Below are positions 19,696 through 29,273 of a stretch of DNA of 64,000 bases, in pieces (position 1 is the stretch's first letter; the number at the start of each line of letters is the position of its first letter). The notes beneath the pieces were generated by a model, which worked only from the letters and a program-made list of their open reading frames with translations, was not told where the DNA came from and did no database searches. The translations under genes were made by a program, and so were the position numbers. Source of the stretch: a virus (Duplodnaviria > Heunggongvirae > Uroviricota > Caudoviricetes); IMG/VR virus record IMGVR_UViG_3300037483_001818; one strand, 5' to 3'.

Positions 19696-20253
19696 TCAGC
19701 GTCGAATTAGGATGACTTCGCCGCAGTTGAGGCACACGCGCTGGTGCTTCCTGAGTCGGCCGTGCGTGCCAAGGCGGTGCTCGGGGTGCGGGCACGGTGG
19801 AGGCGGAGCGTCGACATCGATCACGGAGCTTGTGGCCTTGGCAGTGATTTCGATGGCAGGTTTCTTCGTCCCGGACGTCTTCCGCTTCCGCGCGCGCTTT
19901 GGCGGCTCGCAGGGGAGCGTGTCCTCGTAGCGCGCGTGCTGGTCGCCATCGATCTCCGGCACCGGCAGCTTGCCGCTCGCGACGAGCAGGCGCACACCGA
20001 TGTTGTTACCGGGACCGAGCTGGTTCGCGAGCCAGCCGGCGCAGGGGAACTCGGCGGCCTGCTTCGAGTAGTGGCACGCCATCATGCGCATCGCGCTCCC
20101 GTTGATCACGGGCATCACAGACTCGATGCCGCTTGCGAGCGTGCACGTTAGACCTTCAGCGAGCTTGCGATCGTAGTTAGGGATGTCCTTATCGGGAACG
20201 CAGCCGACGCGCCACGGGCATGACTTGCATTGTTTGAGGGTTGGTGTCGTCAC
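19696..20253 (-). CDS. DUF6283-like Cys/His protein
   Basis: CKSCPWR...MACHYS...CAGWL. Confidence 0.6.
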   Translation of the reverse strand: MTTPTLKQCKSCPWRVGCVPDKDIPNYDRKLAEGLTCTLASGIESVMPVINGSAMRMMACHYSKQAAEFPCAGWLANQLGPGNNIGVRLLVASGKLPVPEIDGDQHARYEDTLPCEPPKRARKRKTSGTKKPAIEITAKATSSVIDVDAPPPPCPHPEHRLGTHGRLRKHQRVCLNCGEVILIRR

Positions 20254-20486
20254 GGCAGCGCTTCAACCCCGGCCTTCGTGAGTTCAATCGACCAGCGCTC
20301 GCCATCACGGTTACCGCCGAGCGGGCCGGTCCCATCATCGATGAGCTTGACGAGTCCGAGCGCGGCGAGCTTGCGCGCGACCTTGACCTCGGGGCCGTAG
20401 ATGTAGATGCCGTCGGCCTTGTCGCGGGCCTTGGCCAGGAGCGCGCGTTGAGGTGCGGTGAGGATCTCGCGCGCTGTCTTCAACAT
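20250..20486 (-). CDS. small winged-helix-like protein
   Basis: LTAPQRALL...RKLAALGLV...ELTKAG. Confidence 0.55.
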   Translation of the reverse strand: MLKTAREILTAPQRALLAKARDKADGIYIYGPEVKVARKLAALGLVKLIDDGTGPLGGNRDGERWSIELTKAGVEALP

Positions 20487-20770
20487 GAAGGTTCCTCCTC
20501 TTTTCGAACGGGCCCGTAGCACGGAGCCCAGTCGCGAAGGTGATACGTGGCCCACCAGCGCACGGACGGATCGTCCCACTGGACATTGGGTCGGCAGATG
20601 CCCTCGATCTGAAGCTCCGCAGTGCCGTCACTCTGCGGAACGACGCGTAACACGCGACCCCATTGACCACCGTTGCGGTGCTGCACGAGATCACCGGTGT
20701 TAACGAGCGTCGCGAGGCCGCCGTCGACGCCGAGCGAGGGGCGTAGCCAATCGAACGAGCTGAGCATCAC
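20480..20770 (-). CDS. hypothetical protein (SH3/KOW-like)
   Basis: TGDLVQHRNGGQWGRV. Confidence 0.5.
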   Translation of the reverse strand: MMLSSFDWLRPSLGVDGGLATLVNTGDLVQHRNGGQWGRVLRVVPQSDGTAELQIEGICRPNVQWDDPSVRWWATYHLRDWAPCYGPVRKEEEPSC

Positions 20771-21183
20771 TGACCGTCCTTCCATGGGTTGTAGCCAAGC
20801 AGCTCCGCGGCCTTGGTCTGAACGCCCTCGTTGAGGCGCTGAAGAGACGCGTGCGCGTCGGCCACCAGGGCATCCAGCTTGTCGCCGACGGTCTGCTTGA
20901 GCAGCTCGCCAGCCTCGCGGGTGACCATGTCGTCGAGCTGGCGCTGCACCTCGGCCGCGAAGTCGCGGAAGTCTAGCTCGATGCCGTTGATGCTCACGCG
21001 CACGTCATAGACGGGGGCGTCCGCGTTCTTGTCACGCAGTTCGGCCTCGACGGTCCGTAGCACGCGCTCGGACGTACGACTCTTTTCGCTGCGCTTGCTC
21101 GCGATCATGATCATGAGCAGACGCGAATCGGTGACTTCGCGCGTGCTGAGCTTCGAGGTCGGCTCGGTCTTCTTGGTGGTCAC
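20767..21183 (-). CDS. hypothetical protein
   Basis: AAGGAG RBS; GTGA overlaps. Confidence 0.6.
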   Translation of the reverse strand: MTTKKTEPTSKLSTREVTDSRLLMIMIASKRSEKSRTSERVLRTVEAELRDKNADAPVYDVRVSINGIELDFRDFAAEVQRQLDDMVTREAGELLKQTVGDKLDALVADAHASLQRLNEGVQTKAAELLGYNPWKDGQ

Positions 21184-21440
21184 TGGGGCTCCTTCGTCGT
21201 GGTCGCCGTGAGGTTTTGTTCGGCACGCTCGACGGCATGTCGGAGCGATCGCACCGACCAGCATTCGACCGTGGCCATCGCGTACGTCGGCGCGTTTTCG
21301 AGCAGACGCTTCGCGCAGGGCAGGCAGATGCTGGATCGGTACTGTCGCGGGGGCCGGCGATACGTCCCGCCACCCGTGCGGCTCGCCGATACGAGCTGCT
21401 TGGAGCGCGATTCGCACTGGCGGCAGACACCCGTGTTCAT
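21180..21440 (-). CDS. zinc-finger hypothetical protein
   Basis: CRQC...CLPC; ATGA overlap. Confidence 0.55.
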   Translation of the reverse strand: MNTGVCRQCESRSKQLVSASRTGGGTYRRPPRQYRSSICLPCAKRLLENAPTYAMATVECWSVRSLRHAVERAEQNLTATTTKEPQ

Positions 21441-21841
21441 GGAACGCTTGGTCCTTTCCCGTTCAAGAGATCCCACGCGGGCGATCCGTATTCGCGGCAC
21501 CATCGTCCGAGCACGTCGAGATACGGCTGCATGCCCATTGACTGATCGTAGTGCCGCATGCGGATCGTCTGCTCGCCGTTCGGCGCGATGTCGACGAGCG
21601 GCATCTCGTGCAGTGCCGGTCGGCAGTTGGGTCCGAGGAAGAAGTCGACGTAGCCCGGATCGAGGCAACGGCCGGAGGTCTGTTCGAAGCGGCGGGTGAC
21701 GTTGCCGGCCTCGTCGAGAAGCGCGAGCTGGAGGCGCTCACCACGCGGATTACCGTTGGGTCCGAGCGAGAGCACCCAGAGTCCGAGATGACCGTAGCGC
21801 GGCGACGGGCGGCCGGTTGAAGGGAGCGTGCGTGCGGTCAT
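21437..21841 (-). CDS. hypothetical protein
   Basis: ATGA overlaps. Confidence 0.55.
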   Translation of the reverse strand: MTARTLPSTGRPSPRYGHLGLWVLSLGPNGNPRGERLQLALLDEAGNVTRRFEQTSGRCLDPGYVDFFLGPNCRPALHEMPLVDIAPNGEQTIRMRHYDQSMGMQPYLDVLGRWCREYGSPAWDLLNGKGPSVP

Positions 21842-22053
21842 GGTTGCGGTGCTTTCTCGTCGATCATCGGTACGTAGCAGCCGCTCTGGAGGACGAACTT
21901 CAGGCCGGGCTGTCGGTTCGGAATGTAGCCAAGCGCGCAAAGCTGCCCTCTGCGCTGCATGTCACCAAACCTCTCGCATTCGGTGGGTCCACGATCAAAC
22001 AGAGAGACTTGCTCGGTCGAGTGCGTGCCATCCACACAGCCGCATTTCATCAT
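21838..22053 (-). CDS. hypothetical protein
   Basis: ATGA overlaps. Confidence 0.5.
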   Translation of the reverse strand: MMKCGCVDGTHSTEQVSLFDRGPTECERFGDMQRRGQLCALGYIPNRQPGLKFVLQSGCYVPMIDEKAPQP

Positions 22054-22814
22054 TTCGACACCGCCGTCCAGCCGGCCGCGATCTGTTCCTTCCACCACGA
22101 GCGCGCGTACGACGTCGGACCGCTGAGCTTGTGCTCGCCGTCGATCATCACCGTCGCGTACTCGCCGCTGCCGCGTTCGCCGCTACACACCATCGCGCGC
22201 TGGCCGAAGGGTCCCGCGAGGCGGCACTCCTTCCACTTGCCCTTGCCGAACATCTGATCGGCGTCAGCGCGCTGCTTACGCTCGCGGTAGTCGATCTTGC
22301 TCGTCGCCTGAAAGAGGAGATGCACCGTGTCGCTGCCGAAGTAGCGCGCGTCGCCGAGCGCCTCGTTGACGCACTCGTGCAGCTCGGTGCGCCAGAGCGC
22401 GTCCCACGTCTCCTCGGCTTCCTGCGACCACGGGACGTAGCCGAGTGCGAGCGCGACCTGGGCCTCGTCGGGCGTGAGATCGCACGTCGCGACGCTCGCG
22501 CCGCCGTGCCCGAGGTCGTACTCGTAGCGACCGGACCGAAGCGCCGCGTCCATGGTGCCGCGGCAGTGCACGACGCGTCCGCCCCAGAAGTGCTCGCAGA
22601 TGCAGTAGTCGCGGTAGTCATTGTAGGTCACCGTGACTGAGTGGCCGTTGTAGTCCGCGTCGGCCGCGAGCATGGCGTACCGAACGCTGCCGGTCGCTGC
22701 CGCCATGCGGTTCACGGCGGCGACGAGCGTGTACGGGCGCGTGGGAAGCCAGTAGCGGCCGGCAGTTGCGGCGGCAGCGCGGAGGTCACGGCGGCTTTTG
22801 GTGTCGGTAATCAC
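22050..22814 (-). CDS. hypothetical protein
   Basis: GTGA overlap with upstream gene. Confidence 0.65.
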   Translation of the reverse strand: MITDTKSRRDLRAAAATAGRYWLPTRPYTLVAAVNRMAAATGSVRYAMLAADADYNGHSVTVTYNDYRDYCICEHFWGGRVVHCRGTMDAALRSGRYEYDLGHGGASVATCDLTPDEAQVALALGYVPWSQEAEETWDALWRTELHECVNEALGDARYFGSDTVHLLFQATSKIDYRERKQRADADQMFGKGKWKECRLAGPFGQRAMVCSGERGSGEYATVMIDGEHKLSGPTSYARSWWKEQIAAGWTAVSK

Positions 22815-23251
22815 GGGTTCCCCGCGGAGGTCGCGGCGGCGACTTCGGTCGTTGGGGGAGCTTCGGGCTTGCCTGCATCGAGCTTCGCAAGCGCTGCCAG
22901 GATCGCCTGCTTTGCTGCGCGCAGGGACGTGAACGCTTTGTCCGATTTGTCCGAGAACAGGCCGCCGACGTACGCGACGGCATCCGCGCCTTCGGTGATC
23001 ACGATGCCGCGGTGCTGGCGCCCCGGACGAGGATCTTGGACGTAGGCAACGTACGAGTTCGGCCGGCTGATGCCTTCGCCGCCGCGACCACCGTAGAAGC
23101 GCGTACGGTCGTACGCGATCTTGACCCACGCGACAGCGGCGTCGGTGTTGAGGTCGTCGTCCTCGTTGCGCTCGCAACCGACGGGGATCAGGTACATATC
23201 CTCGTGCGGATCGTGGCCCTCGCGGAACCACTTGAGCTTCGTCTTCGCCAT
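22811..23251 (-). CDS. hypothetical protein, first gene of a sigma54-type operon
   Basis: ATG 14 nt after the -12 GC of the promoter. Confidence 0.65.
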   Translation of the reverse strand: MAKTKLKWFREGHDPHEDMYLIPVGCERNEDDDLNTDAAVAWVKIAYDRTRFYGGRGGEGISRPNSYVAYVQDPRPGRQHRGIVITEGADAVAYVGGLFSDKSDKAFTSLRAAKQAILAALAKLDAGKPEAPPTTEVAAATSAGNP

Positions 23252-23263
23252 GTCCCCAAGTAG

Positions 23264-23279
23264 AGCAGGGACCGTGCCT
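23264..23279 (-). promoter_or_regulatory. sigma54-like -24/-12 promoter
   Basis: AGGCACG-GTCC-CTGCT vs consensus TGGCACG-N4-TTGCW. Confidence 0.65.
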
Positions 23280-23316
23280 GCGCCCAGGCGCGCTAAGTCC
23301 AAGATTTCTCCAGGCT

Positions 23317-23386
23317 GGGTAGTGCGATACCCGTCTCCGATCTTTCGGAGCTCGTGGCCCTCCAGATACAGGGTAGCGATCTACCC
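23317..23386. promoter_or_regulatory. pair of GGGTA-N6-TACCC palindromes
   Basis: GGGTAgtgcgaTACCC 23317-23332; GGGTAgcgatcTACCC 23371-23386. Confidence 0.8.
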
Positions 23387-23487
23387 AGGGATGCTAGCTC
23401 TGCGAAGTCGTAGGGGATCCGACGTGCCAGGTCGCGCGCACTTCCGACGTGTGAGGTCGTGGAATGCCGGCTGCACTCAGGTCGGGC

Positions 23488-23694
23488 ATGCACAACGAGA
23501 AGCAAGACGAGAAGCGCTACGTCCTGGTCATCAAGAACAAGCGGGTCGCCTATGGACCCTTCGATACGCTCGAGAACGCGGAGTATGCCGCGATGGACTA
23601 CTACGGCACGGCGGTGACTGGGGCATCCGCGAGGGACGAGTTCATGATCGTCGAGCTGCGATCGGACGCTCCACGAGAAGGCGCTTGGAAGTAG
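23488..23694 (+). CDS. hypothetical protein
   Basis: YGPFDTLENAEYAA motif. Confidence 0.55.
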   Translation: MHNEKQDEKRYVLVIKNKRVAYGPFDTLENAEYAAMDYYGTAVTGASARDEFMIVELRSDAPREGAWK

Positions 23695-23778
23695 GAGCGG
23701 CGCCGTGAGGATCACCGCACGTCTCTGGCAACGCCTACAAACTTCTGTTTTGTCCCACGAACCGGTAAGGTTAAGGCC

Positions 23779-24273
23779 ATGCGTACCTCGACGAAGATCC
23801 CCGGCTTTCGCTCCGTCGGTACCACCGGGGAGCCCGCGTTTGTCACGCTCGACATGCGTGTTCGGATTCGCCAGGTGAGCCCGCGAAAATGGGCCGTGCA
23901 GAGCAGCGGTGGCAGAGCGTTCGAGGTTAGTGGCCGAGATGCGGCTATCCGCGAAGCACGCCGACTTGCTTTGGAAGTTGCCGCGGAAGATGTTCGTGTG
24001 TTGGAGGCTGGAAAGAAGGCGCTGTCACGTCTGCATGCGACCAAGAAGAAGTCGACCGCGCAGCTCGATCGCGAAATCGCATCCGCGCTCGTCCGTAGCC
24101 AGCGCGGTGATCGCGTGCTCGCGGATCTTACGCGCTGGGGCATCGACCGTGAGCAGCTTGACGAAGTTCGCCAGGCATTCCGTTCAGGCAACCATCGCAA
24201 GGCGATTGCGATTGCGCGCGACCTTGGCTGGAATCGCTCCTCCAAGCGCGGACGTAGCGGCGTCTATCCGTGA
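23779..24273 (+). CDS. two-domain protein with HAT + QLDREI tag
   Basis: RLHATKKKSTAQLDREIASAL; TAAGGT 7 nt before ATG. Confidence 0.7.
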   Translation: MRTSTKIPGFRSVGTTGEPAFVTLDMRVRIRQVSPRKWAVQSSGGRAFEVSGRDAAIREARRLALEVAAEDVRVLEAGKKALSRLHATKKKSTAQLDREIASALVRSQRGDRVLADLTRWGIDREQLDEVRQAFRSGNHRKAIAIARDLGWNRSSKRGRSGVYP

Positions 24274-24295
24274 GGACACGCTTGTGACGTCAGCC

Positions 24296-24709
24296 ATGTG
24301 GGAATACATCGCCGCATCTCCATCGCTCGTGATCTTCAAACCGAGCGATCTATCCGCGCGCTACGGAATAACGGCGGACGCCGTCAAGACAGTCGTCCTG
24401 GCCGCGCTGACCGCGGGCCTCCTCAGACCCGTGTACCGCATCGCAAATGCGTCGGTGCTCGATCGGCAAGCGCGTGCGTGGACACCGGAGCTGGTCACAC
24501 TGCGCCGCAAATGGGAAACCACCGACGGTGATGAAGTGGACGGAGCGGATCCGAAGGAGATTGCGATCGCGTTCGAGCGCACGCAGGTAGACAGAGACGT
24601 AACCAAAGAACTTGAAGCCTCAAGGAACTTGGAACCGGACTGCCCCTACGGAGCGGTGGGGGCCGGTAGGTACATGCGTGATGGCAAACGGCTGCCTCCG
24701 CAAAAGTGA
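24296..24709 (+). CDS. hypothetical protein (wHTH-like N-terminus)
   Basis: FKPSDLSARYGITADAVK. Confidence 0.5.
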   Translation: MWEYIAASPSLVIFKPSDLSARYGITADAVKTVVLAALTAGLLRPVYRIANASVLDRQARAWTPELVTLRRKWETTDGDEVDGADPKEIAIAFERTQVDRDVTKELEASRNLEPDCPYGAVGAGRYMRDGKRLPPQK

Positions 24710-24749
24710 GTTTGCCCTGATCTCACAAGCTCGCAGTAGGCTCGTGGTC

Positions 24750-24965
24750 ATGGCCATCCTGCACTGGAAAAAAGTAACGGCCGGCGTCTATCACGCGACG
24801 TCACCGTGGGGTCTTTACGTCATCGACGGCAACAACTTTGGCAGGAACCGCTGGACGGTGACCTATCCCAACAGCGATTACGGGATGGCTGACGCCCTTG
24901 CCGAGGCCAAGGCGTGGGCCGAGACGGATGTCGCCGAGCGCGCTGCGCGCGGTAAAGCTACTTGA
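24750..24965 (+). CDS. hypothetical protein
   Basis: TAGGCT upstream; LAEAKAWAE motif. Confidence 0.6.
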   Translation: MAILHWKKVTAGVYHATSPWGLYVIDGNNFGRNRWTVTYPNSDYGMADALAEAKAWAETDVAERAARGKAT

Positions 24966-25185
24966 TGGGAGACAATTCGGTGCGGATGCGTTGCTCGCGC
25001 ACCGTGTCGTGCAGGGCGATCGCGCACAGCAACCTCTCACGCACGACGTGATCCGCGGTCGCGAACGCGAGATCCTCTAGCTCGTTGAGCGTCAGCACCA
25101 CGGCTGTTGCCGGGCCTCTGCCGGAATGAAGAACCGGATCGTCCGGGCATCCCACACAACGGCCACATGCAGCGCAGCGATCCAT
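24958..25185 (-). CDS. hypothetical protein
   Basis: CAACGRCVGC. Confidence 0.45.
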   Translation of the reverse strand: MDRCAACGRCVGCPDDPVLHSGRGPATAVVLTLNELEDLAFATADHVVRERLLCAIALHDTVREQRIRTELSPIK

Positions 25186-25227
25186 CAGCGTGCCTCGGTA
25201 AACGGATCGTCAAGGAACGCCTGCGGC

Positions 25228-25536
25228 TCACGCATGGCGCTGGCGAGTCGCCTCCCGCTCGCGTGCTTCGTTCTCCCAGTCGATCAGCCGCTGCACCGCA
25301 GCTTCGAGGCTGGCGTACTTGTAGTGGCTGTCCCCTTCGGCAGGCACCATGTTCCAGGTAGCAGCCCATTTGCCGGTCGTCGTGGACTTGCAGACCATGC
25401 CGCGCGGGTAGCCGTTTTCTTCGGCGTCGTAGCCGTCCGGCATGATCTTCGTGAGCGTGTAGCCCAGGACGGTGATTCGATCCTTACGGTCTTTGCGTGG
25501 CATGCGTCTCCAGATTTTGTTTAGCGCCGCGCCCAA
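25228..25536 (-). CDS. hypothetical protein (start uncertain)
   Basis: Operon orientation. Confidence 0.5.
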   Translation of the reverse strand: MGAALNKIWRRMPRKDRKDRITVLGYTLTKIMPDGYDAEENGYPRGMVCKSTTTGKWAATWNMVPAEGDSHYKYASLEAAVQRLIDWENEAREREATRQRHA

Positions 25537-25700
25537 GAGGCTTTGGCGTGGCCGATCGGATACGGATCGAATGGATAGAACTCACGTTTGGTGCTCACCA
25601 GCACCCCATCATCGCATTCGCGCCACAAGCACCGGTCACCCGGTTTGCCAGGATCGAATGCCCAGGGGCGTCGTTCGCACTTGTTGCAGATCCGGTTCAT
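25521..25700 (-). CDS. small Cys-rich protein
   Basis: ATGA overlap; CNKC...C...C. Confidence 0.5.
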   Translation of the reverse strand: MNRICNKCERRPWAFDPGKPGDRCLWRECDDGVLVSTKREFYPFDPYPIGHAKASWARR

Positions 25701-26095
25701 CGCGGCGCCTTCATTCTGCGCAGGTGCTGCTCGACCCATGCGCGTGCTTCATCGTGCCGGCGATACGTCTCGCCCGCCTCGTGCCGGTAGAGGCGTTCGT
25801 CAGTGTGCGCCATGAGCTTTGCGGGCTTGTCGCCGGGTGGGATCACGACCTCGAGCGCGTCGGCGGGCCAGATCTCCAGAACCAGGCCGACGCGTCCCTT
25901 GCCGATCCGTCGGAAGCGCGTGCCGGCGACACGACTGTCGGTGCTCGTTCGCACGCGTTCGGCACGCGCCGCGACCAGCCGCCCTTGGTCGTCGACGAGC
26001 TTGTTGGTGTTGATCCATGCCGCGAGCTGGCGATGGTTGCGCGTCGGCGGCAGCTTCACGCTAGTCGGCGGCATGTTAGTTCGCACCGTCGTCAT
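25697..26095 (-). CDS. hypothetical protein
   Basis: Operon position. Confidence 0.55.
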   Translation of the reverse strand: MTTVRTNMPPTSVKLPPTRNHRQLAAWINTNKLVDDQGRLVAARAERVRTSTDSRVAGTRFRRIGKGRVGLVLEIWPADALEVVIPPGDKPAKLMAHTDERLYRHEAGETYRRHDEARAWVEQHLRRMKAPR

Positions 26096-26447
26096 CGGCC
26101 TTCGTGGGAGTCTTCGTGGCGACGTTGTCGGCAGGCACATCAAATGAGATCTTGATGCGCTGACGACCGACCTCGATCACATCGCCAGGGCGCAGCTGAA
26201 TGCGCCGTACCTTCACGCCATTGACGCGTGTTCCGAGTGGTGAGCCTAGGTCGACGAGGAGAATGCCCTCGTATGTCACGTCGATGACCGCGTGCATGCG
26301 CGCGACCTGATCGTCATGTTCGAAGCGCAGATCTGCGCTGGCGACACGACCGATCTTGATCGCTGTCGCCGACAATGGGCGCGGTTCGGATTTGAACGTC
26401 AGCACACGCGCGACCTTGTCATCCTTGTAGATCTCGAACGTAATCAT
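26076..26447 (-). CDS. FHA domain protein
   Basis: IKIGR...VARMHAVI...LVDLGSPLGTRVNG...LRPGDVIEVG. Confidence 0.85.
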   Translation of the reverse strand: MITFEIYKDDKVARVLTFKSEPRPLSATAIKIGRVASADLRFEHDDQVARMHAVIDVTYEGILLVDLGSPLGTRVNGVKVRRIQLRPGDVIEVGRQRIKISFDVPADNVATKTPTKADDDGAN

Positions 26448-26454
26448 GCGTCCC

Positions 26455-26919
26455 TCACGATGCCGGCTCCTCCAAGATCACGTGATCACCATTGAACACC
26501 GGCGAGTCAGCGGGGATCACTTCAGCGCCGTGGCTGCCTCCGAGTAGATCCTTACTGCGGAGACCAAGCGTCTGCATCCAGCCACGTATGAGCCGGCGAA
26601 AGGCCTTTCCCTTGCCGTCGTATCGGGCTCGCGCGAGGAAGAAGTTCTCGTTGCGTCCCGAGGGCGTCTTGATGTCGCGGCGGAGGATCACGACGAAGCC
26701 CGCTACGATGTTGGCGCCCGTTGCAGCTTCATTCGCGGATCGAATCCAGTACATGGCGCCGTGCTTCGCATCGTACCGCTTGTTGATCACGCCAGCCGCG
26801 GCGAGCTTCTCCGCGACGTTTTCGTCCGTCCCGTACACCACGTGCGCCTTGTCTCGCGAGAACGCTGCGTTCGCGCTTAGGTGATCGAGTATCTCTCGCT
26901 GGCGGCGGGTGATCGGCAT
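26455..26919 (-). CDS. winged-helix-like protein
   Basis: ITRRQREILDHL...EKLAAAGVI. Confidence 0.55.
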   Translation of the reverse strand: MPITRRQREILDHLSANAAFSRDKAHVVYGTDENVAEKLAAAGVINKRYDAKHGAMYWIRSANEAATGANIVAGFVVILRRDIKTPSGRNENFFLARARYDGKGKAFRRLIRGWMQTLGLRSKDLLGGSHGAEVIPADSPVFNGDHVILEEPAS

Positions 26920-26922
26920 CGG

Positions 26923-27150
26923 TTAGCTCTCAATCGCGCCGATTTTGCGGAGCCAGCGCTTGACCGCCGTGCCGTCCGCGGCCGTTGGGATGCCCTTCAC
27001 GCGAAACACCGCCACCCAACGAGCACCAGAACCGTCAACTTCATTCAATTTCCATCCGCGCGGTAGCGGTTCCGGTCGATCGGTGTCGAATGGATCGGCA
27101 TTGTCGATGCCAAACGCGACTTTGCAATCATCCCACGGAGCTTTGCTCAC
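26923..27150 (-). CDS. hypothetical protein
   Basis: RBS AAGGGG; operon position. Confidence 0.55.
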   Translation of the reverse strand: MSKAPWDDCKVAFGIDNADPFDTDRPEPLPRGWKLNEVDGSGARWVAVFRVKGIPTAADGTAVKRWLRKIGAIES

Positions 27151-27171
27151 AGTGTCCCCTTTCCTTGCACG

Positions 27172-27435
27172 CTACTTGTCGTCGTCGTCGTCGTCGTCGT
27201 TGTCATCGTCGTCCGGCCCGATCCAGTCTTGCTCGGCCTCGTTCCATGTCACGGGCTCGGTCATGACGTAGAGTCCCGGCTGGCCGGGCTTCATCAACGG
27301 CGCATAGCCCGTCACTGACCGGAAGATTTCGCACAGGTGCGCCGTGTGCTCGTGGCCGATCCGCGTCTCCACATCACCTGCGACGTCCATGTTGGGGAGG
27401 TCGAGGACGAACTCGATTACCACTCGCTGCATCAT
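27172..27435 (-). CDS. hypothetical protein with poly-Asp tail
   Basis: C-terminal DDDDNDDDDDDDK. Confidence 0.55.
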   Translation of the reverse strand: MMQRVVIEFVLDLPNMDVAGDVETRIGHEHTAHLCEIFRSVTGYAPLMKPGQPGLYVMTEPVTWNEAEQDWIGPDDDDNDDDDDDDK

Positions 27436-27522
27436 GATCTGTTCACCTTCCGGGTTCTTTCGTTTCGCCGACCATCGCACGAACAGCGCGCGTCGCGCAG
27501 CCAGCAAGCTGGTGGGCGATCC

Positions 27523-27825
27523 CTACCTCGTCGCTCCCTTCATTTCGGGTGCGACGAGCTGCGCTGCGTACTTGAGCGCGGTCATCAGATCACGGAACTC
27601 ACCGCCGCACATTTTCATCCAGAAACCTGCGCCTTCGCCGCCGTGCTGGTTGACGTAGTAACAGCCGTAGAGGCCAAGCTGCACCGAGTAGCCGGTCGGC
27701 AGACCCGTTGCGTACGACAACTGGATCTCGCTGTCGACGGACTCGTCGCGTGCCTCGATGTACGTTGCTTTGAGGCCGTGCGCAGCTAGAAGTTGGTGGT
27801 GGCGAGACGACAGTGGCGTCGACAT
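27523..27825 (-). CDS. hypothetical protein
   Basis: TGATG overlap. Confidence 0.55.
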   Translation of the reverse strand: MSTPLSSRHHQLLAAHGLKATYIEARDESVDSEIQLSYATGLPTGYSVQLGLYGCYYVNQHGGEGAGFWMKMCGGEFRDLMTALKYAAQLVAPEMKGATR

Positions 27826-28943
27826 CAGTGAACCTCGGCGATGAGTGCCGCAGGCACCCGGACATCGAAGCGAAGCACGATAGCCCCAGGCTCCTGCGCG
27901 CTGGTGAACGCCTCGGGAACGCCGACAATGTGGAGCCCGCCCTGTTCGAAGAGCGTACGAAGGATCTGCGCCGCGCGAAGGATCCGCGCCACCAGGGTGT
28001 TTCGATCCTCAGCATACGGCTCGTCGATGTGCGTTGCCGGAACGCGGACATCAACACGAAGCACGACTGCCCCCGGCTCCTGTGCGCTGGGCAGTGCTTC
28101 GGGAACGCCGATGATGCGGAGCCCACCCTGGTCGATGCGTGCGCGGAGGAGTTGTTCGGCCTTATCGTCCCGGCTGGGCTCTTCGGCAGTTCGCACCGCG
28201 GTCACCAGCTTGCTGATCGCGCTCAGCGCGGCGTCACGAACGGCCCACGGATGCTCGTGCGCCATGTGTACACGCACGTGTTCGAGCGCCGCTGGCAGCG
28301 CGCGGATCTCCTCCGCTGTCAGGCTGACGTGCAGATCGGAGACTTCGTGCCCGGCGCGGAACTGTAGCCGTGTGGTTTCGACGAGCGCGGTGACGCCAGC
28401 TGCCGGTGCAGCATGGAGGGCGTCGAGCAGCGCGGCGCACGGCGGACACTGCCCGCGTGCACTGTCTCCACCGCACCACATGCATGCGACCAGCGCGGGC
28501 GGAGGCACGATGACCCCAGGGACGTGGACGCTCCGCAGCGGAGCGCAATCGTCGACGACGCACGACCTGAAGTCGCCATGCGGGCACGGCTGATCCATCG
28601 CAGCCTCCTGCGTGGCGGGCGGCGGTAGCTTTGCGAGCTTGTCGAGCGTGGGCCGCACAAGATTGAAGAGCTGCTTTCCCGTGCGCCCCTCGCGCGGAAG
28701 CGGCAGCGTCGTGCTGTGCTCTTCGCAATAGCCGCCCTCGTCGTCATGGACCTCGATCGGTAGCGTGCCGTCAGCCTGCCAGTCCGGCGTGAAGCGGACA
28801 CTGAACGGCAGGTTCTGACGGCTGTAGCAGAAGTAGCCGGGGAATTCGTACGTGAAGCTCCAGCCGTCGTATGGCCCCAGATCACGCAGCTCGTTCATGA
28901 GGCGCTCGACCTCGGTCAATTCGGCGTTCTTGCTCATCACCAT
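27825..28943 (-). CDS. multidomain hypothetical protein with duplicated C-terminal module
   Basis: QGGL.I.GVPEA..SAQEPGA.VLR.DVRVPA twice. Confidence 0.65.
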   Translation of the reverse strand: MVMSKNAELTEVERLMNELRDLGPYDGWSFTYEFPGYFCYSRQNLPFSVRFTPDWQADGTLPIEVHDDEGGYCEEHSTTLPLPREGRTGKQLFNLVRPTLDKLAKLPPPATQEAAMDQPCPHGDFRSCVVDDCAPLRSVHVPGVIVPPPALVACMWCGGDSARGQCPPCAALLDALHAAPAAGVTALVETTRLQFRAGHEVSDLHVSLTAEEIRALPAALEHVRVHMAHEHPWAVRDAALSAISKLVTAVRTAEEPSRDDKAEQLLRARIDQGGLRIIGVPEALPSAQEPGAVVLRVDVRVPATHIDEPYAEDRNTLVARILRAAQILRTLFEQGGLHIVGVPEAFTSAQEPGAIVLRFDVRVPAALIAEVH

Positions 28944-29122
28944 CACCAGTCTCCCTTCACGTTCATGGGGCGGATCTTGGTCAGCTCGCTGTAGAAACGG
29001 TAGGCCGCCGCGCAGCCGACGTCGCAGACGACGTCGCCACAAACAACCTGGCCGGTATTGGCGGGCGGCTCGCGCAGCGAGGCGGAGAGCTGGCCGATCT
29101 TGACGTGACGGGCTTCGGTCAT
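28943..29122 (-). CDS. small protein, first gene of a sigma54-type operon
   Basis: ATG 14 nt after -12 GC. Confidence 0.5.
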   Translation of the reverse strand: MTEARHVKIGQLSASLREPPANTGQVVCGDVVCDVGCAAAYRFYSELTKIRPMNVKGDW

Positions 29123-29134
29123 GCTCGATTGTAG

Positions 29135-29150
29135 TGCGAGCCGCGGGCCA
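29135..29150 (-). promoter_or_regulatory. sigma54-like promoter
   Basis: TGGCCCG-CGGC-TCGCA. Confidence 0.6.
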
Positions 29151-29197
29151 GCGCGCGGGCACGCCAGATCTCTCCAAGCTGTCAGATGCACTCGGAC

Positions 29198-29245
29198 GGG
29201 TAGCTAGGTACCCGTGTCGTCAAGCCCCTGGGTAAGGAGATACCC
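29198..29245. promoter_or_regulatory. pair of GGGTA-N6-TACCC palindromes
   Basis: 29198-29213 and 29230-29245. Confidence 0.8.
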
Positions 29246-29273
29246 GGATACAGCACGCCACGTGTTTTTTGGT

